Positions 53,933-63,344 of a DNA stretch of 64,000 nucleotides are shown one piece after another. Origin of the DNA: a virus. The position numbers and the translations under genes were made by a program. The stretch spans positions 32,001 to 96,000 of the IMG/VR virus record IMGVR_UViG_3300026097_000805. One strand, given 5' to 3'. A model generated the notes under the pieces. It was not told where the DNA came from. It saw nothing but the letters and a program-made list of their open reading frames with translations, and made no database searches. Position 1 is the first letter of the stretch, and every line of letters starts with the position of its first letter.

Positions 53933-54297
53933 ACTCTTTCCCATGTATGTTCGGCAGTTAATTTAAAACTGCCGAACAATTTCTTCTCCCATTTTTCAGG
54001 TTCGATCATACTTAAAAATAATCCATCATTACCTTCATAAAGGTAGTACACATTTCCTACTACAGGATTAAAGTTACAACGAGCACTGTATACCATTTCG
54101 GTGTCTTCAGCAAGCCTGCATAGTCTAAAATACTCCTCCTTTAGTTGTTCGAATTTTGTTTCAAGTTGATGTGTAGCATTGACACCCCTCTCTTTTTTTC
54201 GGCCTATAACATCGGGCACAGTAAACGCCGGCGCACCTACATTAGTAGGATAATTCATTGACATAGGATTAGCAACTACATTGTCGGGTTTTTTCAT
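53917..54297 (-). CDS. DUF2452-like protein
   Basis: YPTNVGAPAF.VP, F.PV.G..YYLY pattern. Confidence 0.6.
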   Translation of the reverse strand: MKKPDNVVANPMSMNYPTNVGAPAFTVPDVIGRKKERGVNATHQLETKFEQLKEEYFRLCRLAEDTEMVYSARCNFNPVVGNVYYLYEGNDGLFLSMIEPEKWEKKLFGSFKLTAEHTWERVYSSP

Positions 54298-54605
54298 TCT
54301 TGAAACAATCTTCCATATTTGCTGGCCCAGGTCATCTGCCTGTAAATTCTTGCCCTATGGGCGTATAAGTCTTTTTTTTTTGAATCGTAGCTTAACTGAT
54401 ATACAAGATATTCGTTAGGTGTAAGAATACGGTCCCACGACAATCCTTTGATAGGCGGACGTCCCATTGAATCGTAAAATGTTTTTATAAGCACATACTT
54501 CTTGCCAGGCCATACAAGTTTACCAGAGGCTGTGCGCTTCCACCACCAAGCACGTTTTTCTTCCGCTCGTTCTTGAGGATCGCCCACGGCGTTAGCACCC
54601 ATCAT
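54294..54605 (-). CDS. Hypothetical phage protein
   Basis: 103-aa ORF, coupled to neighbours. Confidence 0.6.
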   Translation of the reverse strand: MMGANAVGDPQERAEEKRAWWWKRTASGKLVWPGKKYVLIKTFYDSMGRPPIKGLSWDRILTPNEYLVYQLSYDSKKKDLYAHRARIYRQMTWASKYGRLFQE

Positions 54606-55456
54606 ACAGCCATTGGCGCCTTAATACTATCCATTGGATTATAGTTTAAAAGTTTGTAGTCATTTACGTTTGTTTCTAAAATACGATCCAAACTTCCAAA
54701 CGCAGGCATTTCAAGTTTAGGCATTTTTTTAGGTCTACGTTTGATTTGCTGTTCTACTTGTTCGATGTGGTTATTATAAATATGACAGTCCCCGCCAGTC
54801 CATATAAACTCGCCTACTTCTAGTCCACAAATTTGTGCAATCATGTGGGTAAGCAAACTATAGCTTGCAATATTAAACGGAACGCCTAAAAACATATCAG
54901 CACTACGCTGATATAGTTGACAACTTATTTTGCCATTGATTATTCTAAACTGTGCCATTGTATGACAAGGCGGAAGTGCCATTTCAGGAATCTCTGGAAC
55001 ATTCCATGCATTTAAAATTATACGTCTACTGTCAGCATTAGTATTGATTTCATCTATAATCTTAGCAATCTGGTCAACACCGCCAAAGTTGCGCCATTGT
55101 TTGCCGTATACAGGTCCTAAAGCTTTAATAGTATCCGTATTAGTATAACCTAGTTCTTTACCTTGTGCATCTGCATTAGCTGTCCAAATAGTATTTTTTC
55201 CATTTAGATTTTCCCTAGTATCTCCGTAAAGGATTTCGGCAAGCCTGCGCTCATCTGTGCCTCCTTCTAAAAACCATAAAAGTTCGCTTACTACACTCTT
55301 CCAGGCAAGACGTTTTGTGGTCACAGCAGGAAATCCTTTTTGCAGATCAAAACGCATTTGATAGCCGAATACTGTAAGTGTCCCTACACCTGTACGGTCA
55401 TTAACTTGTTCTCCGTTTTTTAGAACGTATTTTAATGCATCTAAATATTGTTTCAT
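54602..55456 (-). CDS. thyA: Thymidylate synthase
   Basis: DRTGVGT, ELLWF, GPVYG.QWR, MALPPCH, YQRSADMFLGVPFNIASY, GDCHIY.NH. Confidence 0.97.
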   Translation of the reverse strand: MKQYLDALKYVLKNGEQVNDRTGVGTLTVFGYQMRFDLQKGFPAVTTKRLAWKSVVSELLWFLEGGTDERRLAEILYGDTRENLNGKNTIWTANADAQGKELGYTNTDTIKALGPVYGKQWRNFGGVDQIAKIIDEINTNADSRRIILNAWNVPEIPEMALPPCHTMAQFRIINGKISCQLYQRSADMFLGVPFNIASYSLLTHMIAQICGLEVGEFIWTGGDCHIYNNHIEQVEQQIKRRPKKMPKLEMPAFGSLDRILETNVNDYKLLNYNPMDSIKAPMAV

Positions 55457-55938
55457 TACTTCTTCCAAATTTGAAATGTGACTTCAGGATGTTCTTCCTC
55501 ATGTGTCAAAAAGAATTTTTCCTCGATAGCTTCTAATGGCAAATATGCATCGCATTCAAACTCTCCGGGAATACGACTGATGTAAAACTCGTCGATAATA
55601 TCTAAAGTTTGTTCAATAATCTTAGGGCCGCCGATGATCCAAGTAATCAAGCTGCTATACTTTTGTTCGACACTGCGTATACCTTCAACTACATCACCGT
55701 TGATAAAATCATCTGCTAGTGGACAGTTTTCAGGCTTGCTGGTCACAACAACGTTCTTGCGCTTAGGCATAGGCTTGGGCATATCCGGGTCAAGATATGT
55801 TGCACTGCCCATTACTACCACGTGTCCTAAAGTATTGTCTTTAAACCATTGGAAGTCTCGCTTGACGTGTGGCCATGGCAGTGTGCCTTTGTTTCCTACT
55901 CCGCCTTTTTCGTCACACGCTAAGATTGCTTTTATCAT
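55456..55938 (-). CDS. folA: Dihydrofolate reductase
   Basis: G.LPW...D..WFK..T, VVMG..T, P.P.R.NVV, IIGG. Confidence 0.93.
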   Translation of the reverse strand: MIKAILACDEKGGVGNKGTLPWPHVKRDFQWFKDNTLGHVVVMGSATYLDPDMPKPMPKRKNVVVTSKPENCPLADDFINGDVVEGIRSVEQKYSSLITWIIGGPKIIEQTLDIIDEFYISRIPGEFECDAYLPLEAIEEKFFLTHEEEHPEVTFQIWKK

Positions 55939-56288
55939 TCTATCTCCATTATGGGTATACTCTTTTCGATATATTGTTCGTACTTGTTAGGAATACCGTT
56001 AAATTTCTCTGCATCTGGAGGAGAATCTTTTACTTCTGTGATATTTTCTCCCTGACCGCTAAGAACTTCGTTAATAGCATACCATTTATCGTGTTCTGCA
56101 CCTTCTAGTGCATTATCAGGAACAATTGCATCTACAGGACATTCCGGCTCGCATACTCCGCAATCAATACATTCAAGAGGATTAATCACTAGCATATCGT
56201 CTACTTCGTAGAAACAGTCTACAGGACAAACTGAGACACAGTCTGTATGCTTACATTTTACACAATTATCTGTGACTAGATATGTCAT
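55935..56288 (-). CDS. fdxA: 7Fe-type ferredoxin (FdxA-like)
   Basis: [28 protein letters not shown]...[12 protein letters not shown]. Confidence 0.9.
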   Translation of the reverse strand: MTYLVTDNCVKCKHTDCVSVCPVDCFYEVDDMLVINPLECIDCGVCEPECPVDAIVPDNALEGAEHDKWYAINEVLSGQGENITEVKDSPPDAEKFNGIPNKYEQYIEKSIPIMEIE

Positions 56289-56383
56289 TGGCAAAGATCC
56301 TCATACATGATAGTATACTGTCTGTGTTTGCTCATATCACGTTTAAACACAGGTACAAATTCTAATAACTTTTTTAAAATCAT
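56285..56383 (-). CDS. Small protein (32 aa)
   Basis: Not in ORF track. [32 protein letters not shown]; coupled at both ends. Confidence 0.5.
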   Translation of the reverse strand: MILKKLLEFVPVFKRDMSKHRQYTIMYEDLCQ

Positions 56384-57298
56384 TTAAATCCTCGCCAGGC
56401 GAATAAGTGTCGCCGCTAAATTTATTTCAGGGTCTGCTACTAGCGTATGATCTACTAGCCCTTGTTTAATAGTTAGTACTGCGGTATCTTGTTGTTCTTC
56501 ATTTCCGAACAACGTAATATTGTCATACAGCCAGCGATAGATTTCTTCCATCTCTTCTGGACGCACTGCACCACACAACAGTTTACGTGCATCTTGAATC
56601 TTGCCTGCTTTAAACAGTTCTACCATTTCAATCTTCCAGTCTTGCTCTCCTGTGTCACCTTCGTGTGGTGCAAGCAAAACTCCATCCTGACAGTTCATCT
56701 GTACTGTGTTGATGCACTTTCTTAAGTCTGGATATGTTGCTTTGACATAAGTGTCGAGAGTATCCAAATCCGGAGTGATACCTTCAGTGATGAGGATCTC
56801 AGCGACCCTAGCAGTAAATTCTGTTTGATCGATCTTGGCAATATGGAAACCTTGGCACCTACTATGCAAAGCCGGAATAATACGGTTAGGATAATTGCAA
56901 GTAAGGATAAAACGTGCAGTAGTATGATACTCCTCCATAACTCCACGTAGTGCTGCCTGTGCGTTTGGAGATAAGTAATCTGCCTCATCTAATAATACCA
57001 CCTTAAAGTCGCCAAACGGAATCATTTGTACAAAGTTTACAATCTTATCGCGTACATCATCCACACTGTTTGTTCGCGATGCGTTAATTTCTAAGATGTC
57101 TAAGTCGTTGATGTCCAACTCATTAAACAACAGTTTAGCAAGTGTAGTCTTACCAATACCTGCATTACCACTAAACAGCAAATGCGGAATAGTTTTGTCT
57201 TTGATCCATGTGTTTACCTGTGCTCGTTGTGCTTCATCACGAAACACATAACCGCCTACTGTTTTAGGACGATACTTTTCTACCCATAATTCTTTCAT
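56384..57298 (-). CDS. Clamp loader ATPase subunit (RFC-small / T4 gp44-like)
   Basis: LWVEKYRP, GNAGIGKT, EINAS, LLDEAD, AQAALR..ME, SRC, DLRK.IN. Confidence 0.93.
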   Translation of the reverse strand: MKELWVEKYRPKTVGGYVFRDEAQRAQVNTWIKDKTIPHLLFSGNAGIGKTTLAKLLFNELDINDLDILEINASRTNSVDDVRDKIVNFVQMIPFGDFKVVLLDEADYLSPNAQAALRGVMEEYHTTARFILTCNYPNRIIPALHSRCQGFHIAKIDQTEFTARVAEILITEGITPDLDTLDTYVKATYPDLRKCINTVQMNCQDGVLLAPHEGDTGEQDWKIEMVELFKAGKIQDARKLLCGAVRPEEMEEIYRWLYDNITLFGNEEQQDTAVLTIKQGLVDHTLVADPEINLAATLIRLARI

Positions 57299-57459
57299 TC
57301 GTCTGCCTTCTTTTTCTTACTACCATAAAAACTACGTTTAAATTCAAGATTCTCTGTACGCTCTCCGGGAGGACATTTAGTAATAGTGCCGCCTTTGTCC
57401 AAGTATTCTTGTAATTGTTCTTTGGTTAACCCGCCATCTTTTGATTGTCGATCTATCAT
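57295..57459 (-). CDS. Small protein (54 aa)
   Basis: Not in ORF track. MIDRQSKDGGLTKEQLQEYLDKGGTITKCPPG...; ATGA overlaps at both ends. Confidence 0.65.
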   Translation of the reverse strand: MIDRQSKDGGLTKEQLQEYLDKGGTITKCPPGERTENLEFKRSFYGSKKKKADE

Positions 57460-58001
57460 CTTGCCTTTACTCCAAAATGTTTATATGATTGTTGTACACA
57501 TTTAGCCTGATAATAACAGTCTGCTAATGCATTGTGAAGACTTTCTTGTATTGCTTTACGCGGATCTTGAGGCATCATAGCAAACAATGTTCTACTATCT
57601 CTAATCTGCCAGTAATTCCATGGAGCAGGTTTTTCTGCTTCTTTGTATAAATGTTGCAATATTACAAAGTCAAATGTAGGACCTTGACACCAAATGTAAT
57701 CTAGTCCAACACACCATTTGTTTAATTGACGTAGCATTTCTTGGACACTTACTCTTTCTAAGTCTTCGCTAAATGCTTCATCTTGAATTTCTTGAGGCTG
57801 TTTGCTCCACCAAGCAAGTGTATTATCATCAATACTACGATTATAGTCAGTAGTTTGTTCCTCAACGTCGCCTCGTAGATATAGAGGACTATGCGGTTCT
57901 GCATCTGTAAACGGGTCAAACTTAATAGCACCTAGCGTCATAACAACACTGTCAGGCTCTACACCTAGTGTTTCTAAGTCAATCATTCCATGTGTAGCCA
58001 A
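57456..58001 (-). CDS. DEDDh 3'-5' exonuclease (T4 DexA-like)
   Basis: MIDLETLG, QG.TFD..IL, RD.RT, HNAL.D; TTG start with AGGAG SD. Confidence 0.85.
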   Translation of the reverse strand: MATHGMIDLETLGVEPDSVVMTLGAIKFDPFTDAEPHSPLYLRGDVEEQTTDYNRSIDDNTLAWWSKQPQEIQDEAFSEDLERVSVQEMLRQLNKWCVGLDYIWCQGPTFDFVILQHLYKEAEKPAPWNYWQIRDSRTLFAMMPQDPRKAIQESLHNALADCYYQAKCVQQSYKHFGVKAR

Positions 58002-58007
58002 AAGAAA

Positions 58008-58057
58008 ACTCCTAACAATTTATACTATATTATAGCGTATAAACTGTTAGGAGTCAA
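58008..58057 (-). promoter_or_regulatory. sigma70-type promoter inside a long hairpin that sequesters the SD
   Basis: TTGACT-17-TATAAT (58057-58029); arms ACTCCTAACA (58008-58017) / TGTTAGGAGT (58045-58054) plus TTTATAC/GTATAAA. Confidence 0.75.
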
Positions 58058-58060
58058 GTA

Positions 58061-58414
58061 TTATTTTACAAACTGTGCTAGTTCTGGAGCCTTCCAACCT
58101 TCTGGCTTGAGCACTTTACCGTCTTCACGCTTGCGTACCTTGCCTGTTTCTGGATCAATCTTTGCAAAGTTTGTGTCCATTACTTCTCGCCAAGCAGCTT
58201 CACTATCCCAGCCTGCTGCTCTAATAGCACCCATAGTAACAACTAAGATGTCCACTAGTGCATCGAGTTGTTCTACCTTGTCATTTGCTGCTACAGCATC
58301 AACAAGTTCTGCCACTTCTTCGTCAATAAGCGACAAGTACATTTTGTAGTTTGCGTCACTAGGTTCTTGGTCACACGCTGTCTGAAACGTGTCAATATCT
58401 TTAAATGGATTCAT
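58061..58414 (-). CDS. MazG-like / all-alpha NTP pyrophosphohydrolase
   Basis: LIDEEVAEL, EQLDALVD..VV..G, V..TN..K, RKREDGKVLKPEGW. Confidence 0.8.
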   Translation of the reverse strand: MNPFKDIDTFQTACDQEPSDANYKMYLSLIDEEVAELVDAVAANDKVEQLDALVDILVVTMGAIRAAGWDSEAAWREVMDTNFAKIDPETGKVRKREDGKVLKPEGWKAPELAQFVK

Positions 58415-58423
58415 TTTTTCCTC

Positions 58424-58822
58424 TTAAACAAATGCGCTCGGGTCTACAGTTGCATGTTCACCGTCATTATACTCGGCTCCAATTTGGACGCCTGCAGGCT
58501 TTTCATCGGAGAACGCAAGTATACTTTCTGCCTCAACCATACGTATATCCTTTTCGCCTTGAGAAGTTTCAATTTTCATACTCCGTGTCCATCTGCCATG
58601 TTCTATAAGGATCCAATCTCCAATGTTATATTCATCTAAATTGTCAGGACCTTTTGAGTATACTTTACCCCAACGCGGATATATTCCCCTAGTTGTTCCG
58701 TCATCGTCTTTTATGATTAATCCGCTAGCAGTTTTTTGCTCTCCAAAGTACATATCAACTACTAGAACTCTATTTCCGATTGCTCGTAGTTCACCTTTAA
58801 TTGTATTTAAATTAATAGCCAT
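58424..58822 (-). CDS. GroES-like co-chaperonin (T4 gp31 analogue)
   Basis: LRAIGNRVLV, KTASGLII, G.V...GP, GD.IL, E..IL. Confidence 0.75.
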   Translation of the reverse strand: MAINLNTIKGELRAIGNRVLVVDMYFGEQKTASGLIIKDDDGTTRGIYPRWGKVYSKGPDNLDEYNIGDWILIEHGRWTRSMKIETSQGEKDIRMVEAESILAFSDEKPAGVQIGAEYNDGEHATVDPSAFV

Positions 58823-59142
58823 TATTCACCTTTTTTTATAAAGTTTCCGTCATCGTCTTCTTCCCACTCTGCTAATTCAGCAGCAGTTGGTTCAGTAGTA
58901 GTTGCACCTTTTTTAACCGCATGTTCGTCTACTACACCTTGGCTTGATGCATAATAATCTTTTAGCACTTCTTCTTTCTTTCGGACAATTTGACCACCAG
59001 AACCTAGTTCGTCGCCTCGAGCATTTACCTTAGCATTACCTACAGCAGGGGTTAATTCATTACGCTGACGCAGCAAGTCCATGTCAATTTGTTTACCTTG
59101 CATACTTTTGTAGACCTTGCGGCCTGTTTGTTTCATTGGCAT
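58822..59142 (-). CDS. Hypothetical phage protein
   Basis: 106 aa, strong AGGAGG SD. Confidence 0.8.
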   Translation of the reverse strand: MPMKQTGRKVYKSMQGKQIDMDLLRQRNELTPAVGNAKVNARGDELGSGGQIVRKKEEVLKDYYASSQGVVDEHAVKKGATTTEPTAAELAEWEEDDDGNFIKKGE

Positions 59143-59169
59143 TTTGTATACCTCCTAATATATACTTAC

Positions 59170-59688
59170 TTATCTCAAGAACTCTTGCCAATCCAGGCCA
59201 TACTGGATTGAATTGATACGATGTACACCTATCAAATACAGTACATAACTTGCTACACTTGATCCACGTCCTACACCCCATACAATATCATTCTCACGCA
59301 TGTAGTCTACAAGATAGATCATATAGCGTAAAAGATTTCCCATGCCACGCTTTTCAAACTCATTTAATTCTTCAAAGCATCTTTCAAAATATTCGCCTGG
59401 ACATTTTTTAATAACGTAATCACGCACATCCATATTCTTGTATTCATCGGGCATAAACCATTCACCTTGACATACACCGTCAAAAGTCTTTTGATCTACA
59501 TCTAGGGGAATATACTTTTGTAGTTTGTCTAGACCCTGTTCTTCCATAGCGGCATTGAACTTGTCTACATCATCGTCGGCATCACACAATACCACATGCA
59601 CTTTGTCCGCATGGCCACTATAGATCATATCGACAAGATCGCGATTAGAGAATCGTGGAATACCTAGTTCATCTGTTTTCATAAGCAT
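59170..59688 (-). CDS. Stand-alone fragment of DNA polymerase III alpha (DnaE-like)
   Basis: R..EEL..F...G...L......VD..R...I.WGVGRGSS..S.V.Y.IG..RI..I.Y.L....FLR follows the DnaE GRGS region. Confidence 0.75.
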   Translation of the reverse strand: MLMKTDELGIPRFSNRDLVDMIYSGHADKVHVVLCDADDDVDKFNAAMEEQGLDKLQKYIPLDVDQKTFDGVCQGEWFMPDEYKNMDVRDYVIKKCPGEYFERCFEELNEFEKRGMGNLLRYMIYLVDYMRENDIVWGVGRGSSVASYVLYLIGVHRINSIQYGLDWQEFLR

Positions 59689-59694
59689 GCACTT

Positions 59695-59723
59695 AGTTTA
59701 ATTGATATTGATTAAATTGTCAA
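59695..59723 (-). promoter_or_regulatory. sigma70-type promoter, leaderless for the DnaE fragment
   Basis: TTGACA-atttaatcaatatcaat-TAAACT, then 6 nt to ATG 59688. Confidence 0.65.
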
Positions 59724-59934
59724 GTCCGTTTTCACCGGTTTGTTCTTGATCTTTTAGTTTGGCTTTTGCTGTGCGTAATTGTAATTCTTGTTTATACATA
59801 TCTAAAATTACAGAAATCTGCTGTTGCACTTGGGGATTGCGAGAAATAAAATATTTCCTAGATAATTCGGAAACTTTATTTTCAATCTCTGAATCACTTA
59901 GGTCATTAAAATTATCTACTAGCGGGTTAAACAT
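59698..59934 (-). CDS. Hypothetical phage protein
   Basis: 78-aa helical ORF. Confidence 0.75.
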   Translation of the reverse strand: MFNPLVDNFNDLSDSEIENKVSELSRKYFISRNPQVQQQISVILDMYKQELQLRTAKAKLKDQEQTGENGLDNLININ

Positions 59935-60503
59935 TAACTAAATGATCCATACGATTGACGCAAAACTGTTAATCCTGCATCTGAAGTCCAAAAATCTACA
60001 ATAACAGGATTAGAGTCACTAACCACAGTAAACGATCCGGGCCAGTCAGTATGACTTTTGAATGATCCGCCTCCGCCTGCGGCCCACGAAATAGTATAAG
60101 TGGCCGTACCATCAGTAACAATTTCTAAACGTAATTTCGCAAGTTTTCCTGACTCTGGCCAATCCGTTAGTGTAAGTGTTAGATTGCCGCCTACTTCTAC
60201 TTTTTGATAATGACCATTTGCAAAACTAATATTTTGACTAGTGGTAATATTACCTGTTTCATAAACAGTTTCTGTAGTTGCAATGAAATCAGCTTCCTGG
60301 ATTTTATTCCCATTAAAATCATTGTCAGCATTTTTCTTAGCTGTATTGGTATCTAAGCTTGCTAGATCGGCTGCTGCTGCACTTAGGCTGTTTTTGATTG
60401 ATGTAAAGTTGTCACGAAACCCCTGCGAATCATTATCTACACCTGCAACAGGATATGTTGCATCAATATCGTTAATAGTAGTTGTGCTTATTGTAATGGC
60501 CAT
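59934..60503 (-). CDS. Putative virion structural protein
   Basis: ID.TYPVAG.DNDSQGFRDNF N-terminus, beta-rich C-terminus; late-type promoter upstream. Confidence 0.65.
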   Translation of the reverse strand: MAITISTTTINDIDATYPVAGVDNDSQGFRDNFTSIKNSLSAAAADLASLDTNTAKKNADNDFNGNKIQEADFIATTETVYETGNITTSQNISFANGHYQKVEVGGNLTLTLTDWPESGKLAKLRLEIVTDGTATYTISWAAGGGGSFKSHTDWPGSFTVVSDSNPVIVDFWTSDAGLTVLRQSYGSFS

Positions 60504-60524
60504 TTATTATTTCTCCTGCAACAT

Positions 60525-60530
60525 TATTTA
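60525..60530 (-). promoter_or_regulatory. TAAATA late-type promoter
   Basis: Intergenic, upstream of an AGGAG SD and start 60503. Confidence 0.6.
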
Positions 60531-60536
60531 TCGTAG

Positions 60537-63308
60537 TTAAATGTTAAATTTATAATTTGCGAACAGCACATACTGTTCTTCTGAATTTCCAGTTGTGCTG
60601 TCGATAATATACCTGTCCATATCAAAGTTAAACTGTGTAAAATCTGGATCTACAAAATCTAATGCGTTTTTCACAATAGCACTAGTTCCTGGTTTACAAT
60701 ATACCAAAGGAATAGCATTTACAAATCCTAATTCGTTGACACTGTCTACTTGTGCTGTACGCATCCATAGAGGAAGAAAATTTCGTTCTGTACTTCCTAG
60801 GTCTCGTATAGCATCTCTCATGTGACTAATATTGGATATGTATCTCACATGATCACCTGCTCCGTCGACTGTTATTGCATTTGTATCAACCGTAATAGTA
60901 TTTGCCGGATCTGGTCTATATTTTTTACTTATAGGAGTTCCTAAAGTAAATGGAACTTCAATTTCTGACCCGTCTCTAAGGGTAATCAGTAATTTAGTAG
61001 ATACAGGGTAGGTCACCTTAAAGTCTCTTGTAAACAAGTCAATGCCAGGTCCAAAATCTACATCTGCTATGTCACCGTTTCGGGTAGTAATTTTTGTTAT
61101 ATTTGGTAAGGCATCGTACAGTTCGTTTACACTTGTATATTTGACAGAGTTAACAATCTGGGGTGATTTATTTTTTATTTTAATTTGTTTTTGTACATCG
61201 CCGACGGCACTTTCATATGGATCAATTACTTCAATATAAATTACTTCATATACAATATCATTCGTTCCAGGCGTTTTAGCAACAGCCGTTTTTACTTCGC
61301 CTAATTTTAATTGACGTCTAGAATGGTTTTTTGCTGCTGCTGCCACATATTCTTGTATACTCTTTGTTTCAATTCCCGAATATAACAACATTTTTAATTT
61401 TCTTTGTAAGCCGAAGTTTGGATCATTGGGTCTATATATATAATCAGGATTAAAAACTTCGCCATTGTTGATTAGGTCGATCAAGTTTTGACGTTTTTCA
61501 CTTTTCATAAATGGCTGTACATATATATTGCTGTATTGTTTATTACCAGGGTCTGACACTGTTATATTGAAATGTCTTTGTATCGCACTATATCCAAATT
61601 GATCTTGTGCTTTTATTGTAAAACTATACTTCCTGTCAACCGTAGTTGTATTACCATCTAGAATTAGATCTTTTCCGTCAAAAACAGTTAGTCCTGGATT
61701 CAATTCAGTTCCAAAAGGTCTAATTTTACCTATAATTTCTCCATCTAAGCTTAGACTTAATCCTGGAGGAAGTGTTCCGCTTTCAAGTGAGTATATTAAT
61801 CTTGCATTAGGCACTGTGGTTTGCGCACTAACGCTTAAAGTACTGATATAGTTTGCACTAATGCTTCCTAGATTCTCTGGAGTTAGCCATTGTATTGTAC
61901 TATCTATTTCACCGATCAGGCTGATTGTAAACGTTTTAGATTTTTCGGCAATTTCTTGTGCAGCTACATCTACAGTGCCTAAATCAATAGTATCACCTAT
62001 ACCGACGTTCTCAGTTAGGACTTTATCTAAAGTGAGTACGTCATATAAGCTATTGACTGTGTTTATACTTATTACTTTATAGGCTGTAGTCCCTACGCGA
62101 AATTCTTGATTTAAAGCATATGATGAAAATTCACCTAATTTGTTTATTTTAATTGTATTTGTGCCCTGGGTAGTATCCTCATACGCAAACTGTTGAAACT
62201 GTATTGTATCAGAACCTGAATCGATTCTTCTTGCATTTATTGTGAATTTGTATTCTTTTGTAATTGCAGGTTGGTACGGAGTATATCCTGCTACTTCACC
62301 TGTAGTGCTGTCAAGTGTCAACCCAGGCGGCAATAAACTATCGCTCCCGTCGTCGTTTTTACTTGCTAAATTGTAAACAACGACTCCAGTTAATGTATTA
62401 GGATCAATTACGTCTAATTTTAAGGTCACGTAATTATTGGCTCTGCGGAAGCCGAAGTCTCTAGGTGTAATCCAAATAGGAGTTCTTACATGTGTGATAT
62501 CTGCTGTAAAAGTTCCTGTGCCTACTTGCATTATAGTTGTATCAGCACGGAAGAAATCATCACCTACTACATAAATTCTAAATGTTCTTCTTGCTATAGT
62601 ATCACCATCTGAGACATTTACTGTAAATTGATAATATCTATTTAATTTCTTAGGAGAACGAGTAGGTGTGCTAAAGTCATAAGTTGTTGTATCGTAAAAA
62701 TAACTATCATAGCCATTGTTAGATCTCACACTCCAGTCATATCCAATTTTAGACAAATAGTCAAACGGGCCATCGTCATAATAACCGCTCGATGCTGCTT
62801 TCTCTATTGCTAGAATAGGATCTACTATACCTATCAATCTTCCATCAGTAGTAAGCTGAATACCTGGCGGAAGTTGTCCGTCTCTATTACCTATAAAATA
62901 TTCTAAGGATTGACCTGTACTAGTATCTTGATCAGTTGCCTCTAATTGGAATTCTATTGGAGCACTGTCTAAGATAAAGTATTGTCCATTTATGCCAACA
63001 GGTAAAAGATCTTCTGCCGTCACCCACTGAGGCGCATCTTCTCCTTGTATTACTATTTTGAAAGTTCTATCACTAATAGCGCCTTGATATGATGCTCTTA
63101 ACACAAAAGTAAAAGTAGTCTCTCTAGGAACTTCAAATGGTGTTCCTACAATTTGATTAGAATCTAACCGCATGCCATCAGGCAAAGACCCACTAATCAG
63201 TGTTGTTGTAGCTGAGTTTTCTGTAAGTGGTAAAGCAACACTGGTTGTTCTTCTCTCTTGAAGTGTTGCAATTATTTCACCTGATGATCTTGACCATAGT
63301 CCTGACAT
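60537..63308 (-). CDS. Large baseplate/tail structural protein with Ig-like (He_PIG-type) repeats
   Basis: Repeated SG.LPPG..L...G.I.G.P...Y.FTV units, 923 aa. Confidence 0.7.
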   Translation of the reverse strand: MSGLWSRSSGEIIATLQERRTTSVALPLTENSATTTLISGSLPDGMRLDSNQIVGTPFEVPRETTFTFVLRASYQGAISDRTFKIVIQGEDAPQWVTAEDLLPVGINGQYFILDSAPIEFQLEATDQDTSTGQSLEYFIGNRDGQLPPGIQLTTDGRLIGIVDPILAIEKAASSGYYDDGPFDYLSKIGYDWSVRSNNGYDSYFYDTTTYDFSTPTRSPKKLNRYYQFTVNVSDGDTIARRTFRIYVVGDDFFRADTTIMQVGTGTFTADITHVRTPIWITPRDFGFRRANNYVTLKLDVIDPNTLTGVVVYNLASKNDDGSDSLLPPGLTLDSTTGEVAGYTPYQPAITKEYKFTINARRIDSGSDTIQFQQFAYEDTTQGTNTIKINKLGEFSSYALNQEFRVGTTAYKVISINTVNSLYDVLTLDKVLTENVGIGDTIDLGTVDVAAQEIAEKSKTFTISLIGEIDSTIQWLTPENLGSISANYISTLSVSAQTTVPNARLIYSLESGTLPPGLSLSLDGEIIGKIRPFGTELNPGLTVFDGKDLILDGNTTTVDRKYSFTIKAQDQFGYSAIQRHFNITVSDPGNKQYSNIYVQPFMKSEKRQNLIDLINNGEVFNPDYIYRPNDPNFGLQRKLKMLLYSGIETKSIQEYVAAAAKNHSRRQLKLGEVKTAVAKTPGTNDIVYEVIYIEVIDPYESAVGDVQKQIKIKNKSPQIVNSVKYTSVNELYDALPNITKITTRNGDIADVDFGPGIDLFTRDFKVTYPVSTKLLITLRDGSEIEVPFTLGTPISKKYRPDPANTITVDTNAITVDGAGDHVRYISNISHMRDAIRDLGSTERNFLPLWMRTAQVDSVNELGFVNAIPLVYCKPGTSAIVKNALDFVDPDFTQFNFDMDRYIIDSTTGNSEEQYVLFANYKFNI

Positions 63309-63329
63309 ACGTTTTTCCCTATTATAACG

Positions 63330-63335
63330 TATTTA
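63330..63335 (-). promoter_or_regulatory. TAAATA late-type promoter
   Basis: Intergenic ATAAATAC upstream of start 63308. Confidence 0.6.
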
Positions 63336-63344
63336 TCGTAAATT

